The position numbers and the translations under genes are program-made. Positions 9,816 to 17,873 of a DNA stretch of 64,000 nt are shown in pieces; positions within the stretch are counted from its first letter, which is position 1; each line of letters begins with the position of its first letter. The notes below the pieces were generated by a model that saw nothing but the letters and a program-made list of their open reading frames with translations, was not told the DNA's origin and searched no databases. Origin of the DNA: a virus (lineage: Duplodnaviria; Heunggongvirae; Uroviricota; Caudoviricetes); the IMG/VR virus record IMGVR_UViG_3300020156_000001, positions 298,321 through 362,320 of that record. One strand, given 5' to 3'.

Positions 9816-10126
9816 TCGGCACTGTCGATCCAAGCAACTAGGATATACTCGAGACCCAACATAATGGACGCTACATATTCGTGGCGTCCATCTTGTATCA
9901 CGAAACGAGTTGCATCTTCCCAATAACCTGTTGGACAAGGCCAAGCTTGCTGGCCACCACCGGAGTATTGGAGAACTCTCTGATATGCCGCTGCTACATC
10001 GCCAACAGCCATTCTAGCACGGCACGCCAAGCGGACATTTTCCACTTTCACATAGCCGGTTTTGACTATCTTACCCGCCGGTACGATCATTGTTCTATCT
10101 TCTGCGATCTTGACGGGTTCGGCCAT
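9812..10126 (-). CDS. small ParB/Srx-like domain protein
   Basis: P..G....FVIQDGRHEYVASIMLG resembles the ParB-N DGxHR motif; TAAATA at 10172..10167. Confidence 0.55.
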   Translation of the reverse strand: MAEPVKIAEDRTMIVPAGKIVKTGYVKVENVRLACRARMAVGDVAAAYQRVLQYSGGGQQAWPCPTGYWEDATRFVIQDGRHEYVASIMLGLEYILVAWIDSAD

Positions 10127-10235
10127 GTTCTTTGCGCACCTCTATATGTGTATTAGCATCATGTCATATTTATGGATTGCTTGACTTTTTGTGTACCAGT
10201 GCTATTCTAAGACTAATTGTATATGGAGATCGAAC

Positions 10236-10814
10236 ATGTATTCACGTCGTGCGTTCCTAGGAACGTCATTGGCTGCCGCTACAGTAGCCGCAGTTGGCCT
10301 TCCTGCGGTTGCAGAAGCAGCCCCACTACCAATCGAACTTTCCCGCGCTGAAGTAAATCTCGCGGCTCTCAAGAACAGTGTCAATGCGTATAAGGGACTT
10401 TCGCCGGACGCATTACAGTGGCTGCATGATCGGTGCTTGTCACAAAATCGTGATAACCCGTTGTTTAGCAGCGATAACATGCCTGAGGAAGTTGCCGAAT
10501 ACACGCGAGTTGTCGACGAATCCCTTAAAACGTTGATGCGTTATTCGGATGAACTCAACTGGGATGATCCAGCGTTTGAATCAAGCGAGGAAGTAAAATT
10601 CCTCAACGATGAAGTCAGCGAAGTGTTCAACAACAAGGAAAGCATCTACGCGCAAGGTATTGAAGCTATTGCAAGCGCCGAAAACCAGCATATCGTTGTT
10701 GTTGCCGGTGTTCGACACATGCTGAGCACAATGCGTATGCGGATCGTTCCTGATGCGATGGAAAGCTTTCCAATATTTTCAAATAAGTACCAGAAACTTA
10801 TCCTGAACGCGTAA
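10236..10814 (+). CDS. Tat-signal-peptide early protein, paralog of 9321..9815
   Basis: SRRAFL plus hydrophobic stretch plus AEA; promoter TTGACT..GCTATTCT at 10181..10208; GGAG RBS. Confidence 0.75.
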   Translation: MYSRRAFLGTSLAAATVAAVGLPAVAEAAPLPIELSRAEVNLAALKNSVNAYKGLSPDALQWLHDRCLSQNRDNPLFSSDNMPEEVAEYTRVVDESLKTLMRYSDELNWDDPAFESSEEVKFLNDEVSEVFNNKESIYAQGIEAIASAENQHIVVVAGVRHMLSTMRMRIVPDAMESFPIFSNKYQKLILNA

Positions 10815-10890
10815 ACCTGGTTGACAGCTTCCTATCCTGTGCTAATTTGTTGGTATAGCAACAAAGGGTGTTGCACAGATCGAAAGGAAA

Positions 10891-11274
10891 ATGGAAATGA
10901 CGAGCACGCTTCAGGACTACGGTCGCGAATCTGAAAAGCACGGTGAAATCCCATTCTTCTACGGCTTTCCGTTCCGCTTTTGGTTCGGCCAGCATCAGAT
11001 CGCTCCGGAGGATGTAAATTCCTGGTGCACTGAAAACGCTGTTGGTTATTACAAGGTTTACACCTACGTTCACAAGGATTCCAAGCGCAAGTCTCCGCGC
11101 TCCAAGGAGTTCGAGAACAAGGTCGTTTACGTGGACAAGATCTACCTGGCCGATCCTCGCGATGCTGAAGCGATCAAGGCTGCGTTCGACGTCCGCGCCG
11201 AGCGTGTGATGCATCCGCGCATGAAGGCGCTTCGCAAGCGCAAGGCGGCCAAGAAGGTCGTAACAGTAGCATGA
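10891..11274 (+). CDS. hypothetical early protein
   Basis: Promoter TTGACA..GCTAATTT at 10821..10848; basic C-terminus. Confidence 0.8.
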   Translation: MEMTSTLQDYGRESEKHGEIPFFYGFPFRFWFGQHQIAPEDVNSWCTENAVGYYKVYTYVHKDSKRKSPRSKEFENKVVYVDKIYLADPRDAEAIKAAFDVRAERVMHPRMKALRKRKAAKKVVTVA

Positions 11275-11519
11275 CACACAATTCCAATGGGGCGGTAATT
11301 CCGCCCCAAGGTCCCTTTGCTTGCAGACACCTCAATCCTGAACAATATCAAGCATATTGTGAAGCATTTGAGCCTTCGTATTATGAGCGAGATGAAGCTC
11401 ATCTCCGTAGTGCCCTAGCTCAGCTTTCAAGGCTTGATAAGCCCAGCGACGCAATGAAAGAGCTGATCAAGCATTACCAACAAAGGCTTGCTTGGTACGA
11501 CAATCAAAAACAGGCTTGA
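11271..11519 (+). CDS. hypothetical protein
   Basis: ATGA overlap with the upstream gene. Confidence 0.65.
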   Translation: MTHNSNGAVIPPQGPFACRHLNPEQYQAYCEAFEPSYYERDEAHLRSALAQLSRLDKPSDAMKELIKHYQQRLAWYDNQKQA

Positions 11520-11555
11520 ATCGTTTGGCCCCACTGTTATAGTGGGGCTAACCAT

Positions 11556-11909
11556 ATGGAGCCACTTATGCCAGGTAAACCACCTTCAGAGCCAGGGATC
11601 GGATTGGGATCAACAAAGTCCATATCATGGTCCGAGACGTTCCTCACATTAGGAGCATCCCTAATGTTTTGCTTGTTCGTGCTTGGTGCTTCCGCGATTA
11701 TTTCCTACAATGTGCATGAATGGCGCTATGCGGACAAATACGCTGCAAAGTTTGCAGAAATTCGGTCGACCAACTTGAGATCAACAATGGAGCTTTGTCA
11801 GTCCTTCATGAGTCCTAAACTGGCTCCATATTTGGGTCAGGAAAACATGGACCAGTGGACTGATCTTTGCTTGGGCCAAGCCAAAGAAATGTTAGAGCAT
11901 TATAAATGA
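11556..11909 (+). CDS. single-pass membrane protein
   Basis: Hydrophobic segment FLTLGASLMFCLFVLGASAIISY. Confidence 0.65.
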   Translation: MEPLMPGKPPSEPGIGLGSTKSISWSETFLTLGASLMFCLFVLGASAIISYNVHEWRYADKYAAKFAEIRSTNLRSTMELCQSFMSPKLAPYLGQENMDQWTDLCLGQAKEMLEHYK

Positions 11910-12535
11910 GCTATAGTGACTTAAAGACGGACCAGCTGGTGTCGATGGATGGAACCAAGCTTCCAACACCAGCAATTGTGTCGTCGTTGCTCCGTACGCT
12001 AACTGACATGGCAACGGCAAATGTCAAATACTCACGCATCAAGCCGTACTCAATAGATGCCAAATCACGCATTGATTATTACCAGGACACACTGTTTCAA
12101 TGCTTAATGGCAATGGCTCGTGATAAAAAAGTCCGTTGGGTTAGCTTGTCCACAAGGGAAATCATATCCCCACGTATCAAAAATGTCCCATCACCTGCCT
12201 TTTCCGCCGATATGTTTGCTTGGAGAGTTGTTGAAGCTCTCGGCCTAGGTGGTTCTGCTGGAAATAGTATGGGTAACGATTGTGCCCAATATTTTATCAA
12301 CACTCATCAAGCCGCTTATTTTGCAGCACGCCAGTTTGGTGTTTGGGACACCCACACTGAAGAACAAATCCTTCCCTTTGGGTTTACATTGGACTTTTAT
12401 GGAACAGCGTTGGATAAGTTCAACAAAGCGGTTGAACTTGGCGAGTTTGACGTTAATCATCCCCTTTATGAAGAACTAATTGCGATGAGTGATCGCATTG
12501 CTAGGGAAAAGTACCAAACCAGACGGAGATACTAA
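11906..12535 (+). CDS. hypothetical protein
   Basis: 209-aa ORF coupled to its neighbours. Confidence 0.75.
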   Translation: MSYSDLKTDQLVSMDGTKLPTPAIVSSLLRTLTDMATANVKYSRIKPYSIDAKSRIDYYQDTLFQCLMAMARDKKVRWVSLSTREIISPRIKNVPSPAFSADMFAWRVVEALGLGGSAGNSMGNDCAQYFINTHQAAYFAARQFGVWDTHTEEQILPFGFTLDFYGTALDKFNKAVELGEFDVNHPLYEELIAMSDRIAREKYQTRRRY

Positions 12536-12891
12536 TGACAACTCGCAGCCTAACACTGTTGAATGAAATGGGTGATCTCAGTTTGACTTGGGAAGCCGAC
12601 AAGGATGATGAAATGGCAGCAATCATCCAAAAGAAGCTGGACCAGGGTGTTCGCTTCTTTCTTATCGAACCCTTTACCAAAAAGCAAATCGAAGTCAAGC
12701 GGCTCGAAGATATTAAGGGCCGGCAGATCAACGTGCCAGACGAGGATATCGAAAAGCTATTCACCGAAGGCAAGATCGGCATCATCAAGCGGATTACCGG
12801 TTCAATCATGGAAACCATTGGTACATCGTCAAATGCCAAGGAAATTGCTTCCTCCCACAGCATTGCAACTCGTCAGTTTAGAGGCGGTTGA
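12535..12891 (+). CDS. small protein ending in a di-glycine (RQFRGG)
   Basis: GGAG RBS; 118 aa; C-terminal GG followed directly by the stop. Confidence 0.8.
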   Translation: MTTRSLTLLNEMGDLSLTWEADKDDEMAAIIQKKLDQGVRFFLIEPFTKKQIEVKRLEDIKGRQINVPDEDIEKLFTEGKIGIIKRITGSIMETIGTSSNAKEIASSHSIATRQFRGG

Positions 12892-14177
12892 TGGTTGACG
12901 TAATGGTCACCGGAGGACGAATTCCTCCGGATATCCAATACTATTTCGATGGTGCGTTGGAATGTTTTGATATTCCGCCGGATGTCTACTTGTGGGGCAA
13001 ATACTTCTGCCCCAACAGCACCGAACTATTGGATAACATGGAACGCGATGATCGGCTTCAAGTGCCTGGACATCATGGTTCCACTTTGACCAACTACGGT
13101 AAGCAATTTGAACTCCACTATTTGGAGTGGCAGAAAACTGCTCAGCCAGAAGCTGTCGCGTTGTGTTTGGCTTTTGGTGTTACCTATATGGGCAGCACTA
13201 AGGCAATCATATCAGAAATCTGCAATACATTGGTTGAAGATGAGTATGGTGTGTTGGCTGGTGTTTCCTATTATGTGCAAAACACTCGCTTCAAGAAGAA
13301 TGGCCTCGTTTTCTACGATGGCGTTAAAATGTTCGAACGCAAAAAGCATTTTCTAGATGCTCGCTATCGTATACGCGAGCAGTGGGAAGCATTGGAGCAT
13401 CCGGATTATTCACAACTTCGTTTGACTTGGCCTCAACTTCCTGGCGCGGATACGATTCGCGAGTACCTCTATTATGATGAGGAAGAAGGCTTTACCACTA
13501 AGAAGCCAGCGCCTGATAAAAAGACCAAACGTGCGCTGAAACGGTCAGCCAAGCTGTTGGACTCCGTTACGGGTGAGAACACTGTTCAAATGTTCTTGAG
13601 CGGTGAGGAAGTGTCAGTTGTTGGTCAAAAATACCGTTTCTCGCTGACCAAGGAAAAGTACGGTACGCTTAATTCAAGTCATGGCTCCGCAACGACCAAG
13701 GTCTACGACAAAGAAACCAACGAGTTTATTTGTGGACTTTGCATCTACACGCAAAACGTGACGGTATTTGATCACCTCGCAAGCATCGTTCTCCACTGCA
13801 AAAGTGGACTTGAAGACCTTATCATTGAGGAAGCCAACATAACCCAACGTGGAAAAATTGATCTGCTTCCCCAAAGTAAGCTGGATCAAATCGACGGCAA
13901 GAATCAACTTACCGATCACGCGACGGAAATCATCAACATCAACGGAATTGAATCCGAGCTTACGATTGTTGAAAGTGATCCTCTAGCGCGTTCGATTCGT
14001 GGTCCCCATTATAAGCTGATAGACCAACGCAAACATTTGGTTGATGCTGCCAACAAGAAGGCCAAGGAAAAACTGGTGCAACGGATCCAACGCAAGTATC
14101 CGCATTTGTTTATTCAGCCAAAGCTACTCACACCGCAAATCCGTCAACTATTCTCAGGACCGAGAGCAATTATATGA
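12891..14177 (+). CDS. hypothetical protein with a CGLC motif, coupled to the GG protein
   Basis: TGATG overlap; FICGLCIYTQNVTVFDHLASIVLH...EEAN segment. Confidence 0.8.
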   Translation: MVDVMVTGGRIPPDIQYYFDGALECFDIPPDVYLWGKYFCPNSTELLDNMERDDRLQVPGHHGSTLTNYGKQFELHYLEWQKTAQPEAVALCLAFGVTYMGSTKAIISEICNTLVEDEYGVLAGVSYYVQNTRFKKNGLVFYDGVKMFERKKHFLDARYRIREQWEALEHPDYSQLRLTWPQLPGADTIREYLYYDEEEGFTTKKPAPDKKTKRALKRSAKLLDSVTGENTVQMFLSGEEVSVVGQKYRFSLTKEKYGTLNSSHGSATTKVYDKETNEFICGLCIYTQNVTVFDHLASIVLHCKSGLEDLIIEEANITQRGKIDLLPQSKLDQIDGKNQLTDHATEIININGIESELTIVESDPLARSIRGPHYKLIDQRKHLVDAANKKAKEKLVQRIQRKYPHLFIQPKLLTPQIRQLFSGPRAII

Positions 14178-14491
14178 GTAAGGATATACGGTATTATCGT
14201 GTTACACCCGTCTATGAAGAAGATCTTCAGGGTGGTTTTTTAACAGCGGCAGTGCTTTATTGCATGATGACTGGCAAGATCCTTGCCAACAGTGGCGGGG
14301 GTAGTGAAAAAGCGCTCTCGGTTGAAGCAATAGAAATGATCGATTACCGTCGCAATGATGGCGCTCGTATCGTTTGCGATGAAGCTGACCTCATGAAGGT
14401 TCTTCAGTTTGTTGAAAACGCTGATATGGATGAGGAAACCAAAGCGGCTTATCAGCGGCTAGTGGCGCCAATCAACTCCGATAGTCTTTGA
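14174..14491 (+). CDS. hypothetical protein
   Basis: 105-aa ORF overlapping the upstream stop. Confidence 0.65.
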   Translation: MSKDIRYYRVTPVYEEDLQGGFLTAAVLYCMMTGKILANSGGGSEKALSVEAIEMIDYRRNDGARIVCDEADLMKVLQFVENADMDEETKAAYQRLVAPINSDSL

Positions 14492-15323
14492 ACTGGCAGT
14501 TATATTGGTTCTCATAAGCAGAGTGACCAATATCTGCCCGTATCTTCTTTTCAATTGCGGGGGTATAATCGGGGTGAAGTGAGTAGGGTACTTTCTTTAC
14601 CGCCGCATTAACCACATGAGTGGTTGCCAAGTCGTGGAATATGCCCATATTGGGTCCAGGAACGCCCGCAGCAATCAATTGCCCAGTGTTTGCAAACATG
14701 ATCGTACTGTAGAAGTTTTCGTCGTCTGCGAAGCTTATATGGCCGGTATCATCACTAAGCACGTGGGTTAGAGAGTGACCCAACAGATACGTGTTAGGCT
14801 TCAAAAACAAAATCTTGCTGCCATTCTCAAATTGGATACTGCTACGAGTCCAATTGTAAACCCGTGGCAATGCTACTGAACAAGTTCCATGTAGGACACG
14901 AATCTGTCGGTTTATGATCTCCATTGGATTGGAGCCCAACACAACATATCCTAGGTTTGTTTTGGGTTTGAAACAACTGATCCAAAGCGCATACACGCAT
15001 AGCAGCAAGCTAATGCCCATGTTCTTCGCATGTAGGATGATTTGGTCACTTTCGTCTTGCCAACTCGACAGCAAATCCCGTTGATAATCTCGAAGAACCA
15101 ATGGAACTTGCTTTCCCTGAGAGTTATGATCAAGAGAAAGCATTTCAGCGAATCCAACAACATCCTCAGCAATCAAGTTGAGTCCAACAAAGTTCTGGTA
15201 GTTGTTTGCGCTAAGGTAAGCAAAGATACGTTCGGCTTCAGCAATTAAAGACTCACCATCGAGCTCTGGATATAATTGGCGTGCCAGAACCAATGCTTTT
15301 TCTCTAAAGTGGGTACTAACCAT
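14472..15323 (-). CDS. degenerate terminase large-subunit ATPase-like protein without a nuclease domain
   Basis: LRDYQ, HAKNMGIS, FENGSKI, GHSLTHVLSDD and YENQYNCQF map in order onto gp17-type ATPase motifs; TAAATA at 15360..15355. Confidence 0.7.
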   Translation of the reverse strand: MVSTHFREKALVLARQLYPELDGESLIAEAERIFAYLSANNYQNFVGLNLIAEDVVGFAEMLSLDHNSQGKQVPLVLRDYQRDLLSSWQDESDQIILHAKNMGISLLLCVYALWISCFKPKTNLGYVVLGSNPMEIINRQIRVLHGTCSVALPRVYNWTRSSIQFENGSKILFLKPNTYLLGHSLTHVLSDDTGHISFADDENFYSTIMFANTGQLIAAGVPGPNMGIFHDLATTHVVNAAVKKVPYSLHPDYTPAIEKKIRADIGHSAYENQYNCQFKDYRS

Positions 15324-15463
15324 GTGATTTCCACAGCGCGTTATCTATACTTCCTATTTATGAGTTTCCAGTTAACTATACGTTTTTGGCACAATTGACA
15401 TAATTAGGAAATTGTGCATGTTTAAGAATGCGTTAACCGCGCACCGTTAGGAGTAAGAGTACA

Positions 15464-16129
15464 ATGGCAACAGAAACAGTTTACATTGGGTTTCCCAAAG
15501 GTCATACCAGCTTCACTCTTTATGGGGGCACAATTCCCGTAAGAGAGTACAAGGGCGCATACATCGACCCGTCAAATCCGTCGATGAAGAATCTTCGTGT
15601 CACGCTTTATCGCACACATGAAGCAGCTATTGCCAAGCATGGCGATGAAGCACGCAAGATGAACACCACTGTTAACCGGAACGATCCGGTTAAGGCGTAT
15701 CGCAATTTGCAGGCGCCAACGCGGAAGTTCATGAACTTTGTCCGCAACACCAACTACAGCTTCTCCAGCCAGGAAGTTCCTGCATATGTGATCGAAAAGG
15801 GAGAAGACTGGATCACCTTTGATGTTGATCTCACTGGGGAAGCAATCTCCAAGATGATCAAAGCATCGGCGCGTCCAGGCCAGTCCAAGTTGGTCAATAT
15901 CGATCGCGTAAAGGCCACCAAAGCATCCACAGGCACGTCAAAGAGCTCCAATGATAGCTCAAAGCGTACTCCAGCAAAGCTGGAACAAGCTTCGGCGTCT
16001 GCTTCGGTACAGCGTATTGGAGCTCTTACGTTAAGTGGCAACTTGACACTGTCCGACTTGAAGCGTATGGGCTTCAAGATCATGCTAACTGACTCTGCGG
16101 ACACACCGTTCCAGATCGATACTATCTGA
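15464..16129 (+). CDS. hypothetical early protein
   Basis: TTGACA at 15395; AGGAG RBS. Confidence 0.8.
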   Translation: MATETVYIGFPKGHTSFTLYGGTIPVREYKGAYIDPSNPSMKNLRVTLYRTHEAAIAKHGDEARKMNTTVNRNDPVKAYRNLQAPTRKFMNFVRNTNYSFSSQEVPAYVIEKGEDWITFDVDLTGEAISKMIKASARPGQSKLVNIDRVKATKASTGTSKSSNDSSKRTPAKLEQASASASVQRIGALTLSGNLTLSDLKRMGFKIMLTDSADTPFQIDTI

Positions 16130-16136
16130 GGGCAAA

Positions 16137-16433
16137 ATGACTGTTTCGGTTAAGGACTTACATTTGGTTCTAATAACCGATTACTTTCCCGAACAGTATG
16201 ATGTCCTCTATGATGGAAAAACTGTAGGTTACCTCCGCTTGCGCTGGGGTAACTTTACAGTGACTTGCCCAAATGTTGGCGGTGAGGTTGTGCTGGAAGC
16301 TGAACCAGATGGTCACGGATGCTTTGAAGATGATGAGCGTCCTTACTATTTGGATTGCGCACTCAACGCGGTCATGAACTGGTGCAATAAGAATGGTGTC
16401 CAGCCTGAGTTAGGAAACAAGAATGATGAGTGA
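16137..16433 (+). CDS. hypothetical protein
   Basis: PEQYDV...VGYLRLRWG motif of small phage proteins; GAGG RBS. Confidence 0.7.
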   Translation: MTVSVKDLHLVLITDYFPEQYDVLYDGKTVGYLRLRWGNFTVTCPNVGGEVVLEAEPDGHGCFEDDERPYYLDCALNAVMNWCNKNGVQPELGNKNDE

Positions 16434-16623
16434 TTGGTTCGTTCGTGTAGTGCGTTATGACGGATCCAAGGGAAACGAAGAAAAGTTCACCAACTACGTT
16501 GACGCAAAACAAGCCTACGACAAGTTTGAAAAGCTAGTCGATGGCACACGTGATATCGCGGGCGGACGCATTCGCTTGCAAAGCAGTAACGGTACCACAA
16601 TGGCAATGGCTTTTGTGGCTTGA
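16423..16623 (+). CDS. hypothetical protein
   Basis: 66-aa coupled ORF. Confidence 0.6.
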   Translation: MMSDWFVRVVRYDGSKGNEEKFTNYVDAKQAYDKFEKLVDGTRDIAGGRIRLQSSNGTTMAMAFVA

Positions 16624-16676
16624 CATAACCGAGACCTGTTATATGGTCTAAATGAGGTCGTTCAACAGGAGTTTTT

Positions 16677-17240
16677 ATGTCTACCCTAGCAGCCGCATCA
16701 AAGACACAGACAACCGCGCATGTGGTTAGTCATGCGTCCACAGCAACTATTGCAATTTACTTTCCCGAGCTTTTGCTTGTCGGCGAGCAGGCAATTTACG
16801 TTTACGAGCGTGAAAGCAGCACTCTCACAATCCAGACGTTCAGCAAGGAAAACGCGCCAAGCGATGCCTTCAAGATCCGTCAGCCAAACCCCTCGAACAA
16901 GAGCGGGCTGTCCACAAAGCCATACATCACGTTTTCGCAGGAACGCCATTTTGGCTTCAAGCTTGCTGATGGTCTCGCGTTCGACGCTATTTGCTCAGTC
17001 ATCAAGACGGCCGGCGGCATGAAGATCACGCTGAAGATTCCAAAGCCCACTGAAGACAAACGCAAGCAGCTTGCATTCAAGCTTGATGAACCAGTGGCAG
17101 CACCTACGCCCACAGCTTCAAACGTGCTGACGGTGCAGGATGTTAAGGCGTTGGCTGAACTCTGCAACATGGGCTTTACGCTAGTCGAAGCCAAAGTTCT
17201 CGACGCTGGCGGCAACGAGCACACCGTTCGCATCCGCTAA
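16677..17240 (+). CDS. hypothetical early protein
   Basis: TTGACA at 16620; AGGAG RBS. Confidence 0.8.
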   Translation: MSTLAAASKTQTTAHVVSHASTATIAIYFPELLLVGEQAIYVYERESSTLTIQTFSKENAPSDAFKIRQPNPSNKSGLSTKPYITFSQERHFGFKLADGLAFDAICSVIKTAGGMKITLKIPKPTEDKRKQLAFKLDEPVAAPTPTASNVLTVQDVKALAELCNMGFTLVEAKVLDAGGNEHTVRIR

Positions 17241-17247
17241 AACAAAT

Positions 17248-17276
17248 GAGCCCTGCGTTTTGCGGGGCTTCTTTTT
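17248..17276 (+). terminator. rho-independent terminator
   Basis: AGCCCTGC-loop-GCGGGGCT followed by a T-tract. Confidence 0.75.
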
Positions 17277-17363
17277 GATTATTTCATTCCGAACGGATTG
17301 ATCGGCTTGACTTAAAAGATCAAACAAGCTAAGTTGTGCTTGTTAAACAAAAGGAGAAGTAGC

Positions 17364-17816
17364 ATGACGCTATTAGTTGGGTTCAGTGTACAAGAGTCGG
17401 GCAACACGACTTTTTGGTCAGTTCCAAACGGAGTACAGTTCACAATCCACGATTATGTGGATGTGTCATTTGATCCGAAAAAGAGAGAAATCACTTTAGC
17501 TATCGTTCCGCCAACACCCTCTGCGACGAAGACGGCAAAGAAAGCAAATCCACCGAAAAGTAAGACCGGATTGGGTAGTCAACCCAACGTATGGTTTAGA
17601 TCAGATTCTCTTTTCGGTACACCCGTTGAAAAGTTCGATGCTGATTACATCAGTGCTATTCAATTGGCTGCAAACCGTTATGTTATCAAGCCGCCGGCCT
17701 CGATTTTTCCACCAAAGCCAAAAATCGCACTTAATTCAATTGCTCAGTTGATTGCTGATGGTACGGCTAAGATCAAAACCGTTGAAATCAGTGGTATTGA
17801 ATACGACGTTGTCTAA
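17364..17816 (+). CDS. hypothetical early protein
   Basis: TTGACT at 17307; AGGAG RBS before the ATG at 17364. Confidence 0.75.
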   Translation: MTLLVGFSVQESGNTTFWSVPNGVQFTIHDYVDVSFDPKKREITLAIVPPTPSATKTAKKANPPKSKTGLGSQPNVWFRSDSLFGTPVEKFDADYISAIQLAANRYVIKPPASIFPPKPKIALNSIAQLIADGTAKIKTVEISGIEYDVV

Positions 17817-17830
17817 TTCGTCCAGGCATG

Positions 17831-17853
17831 AAAAAGCCCGCTTGCGCGGGCTT
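17831..17853 (-). terminator. terminator of the major capsid transcript
   Basis: AAGCCCGC/GCGGGCTT stem with a T5 tract on the minus strand. Confidence 0.8.
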
Positions 17854-17873
17854 CTCATCGTCTAATCCTAGGA

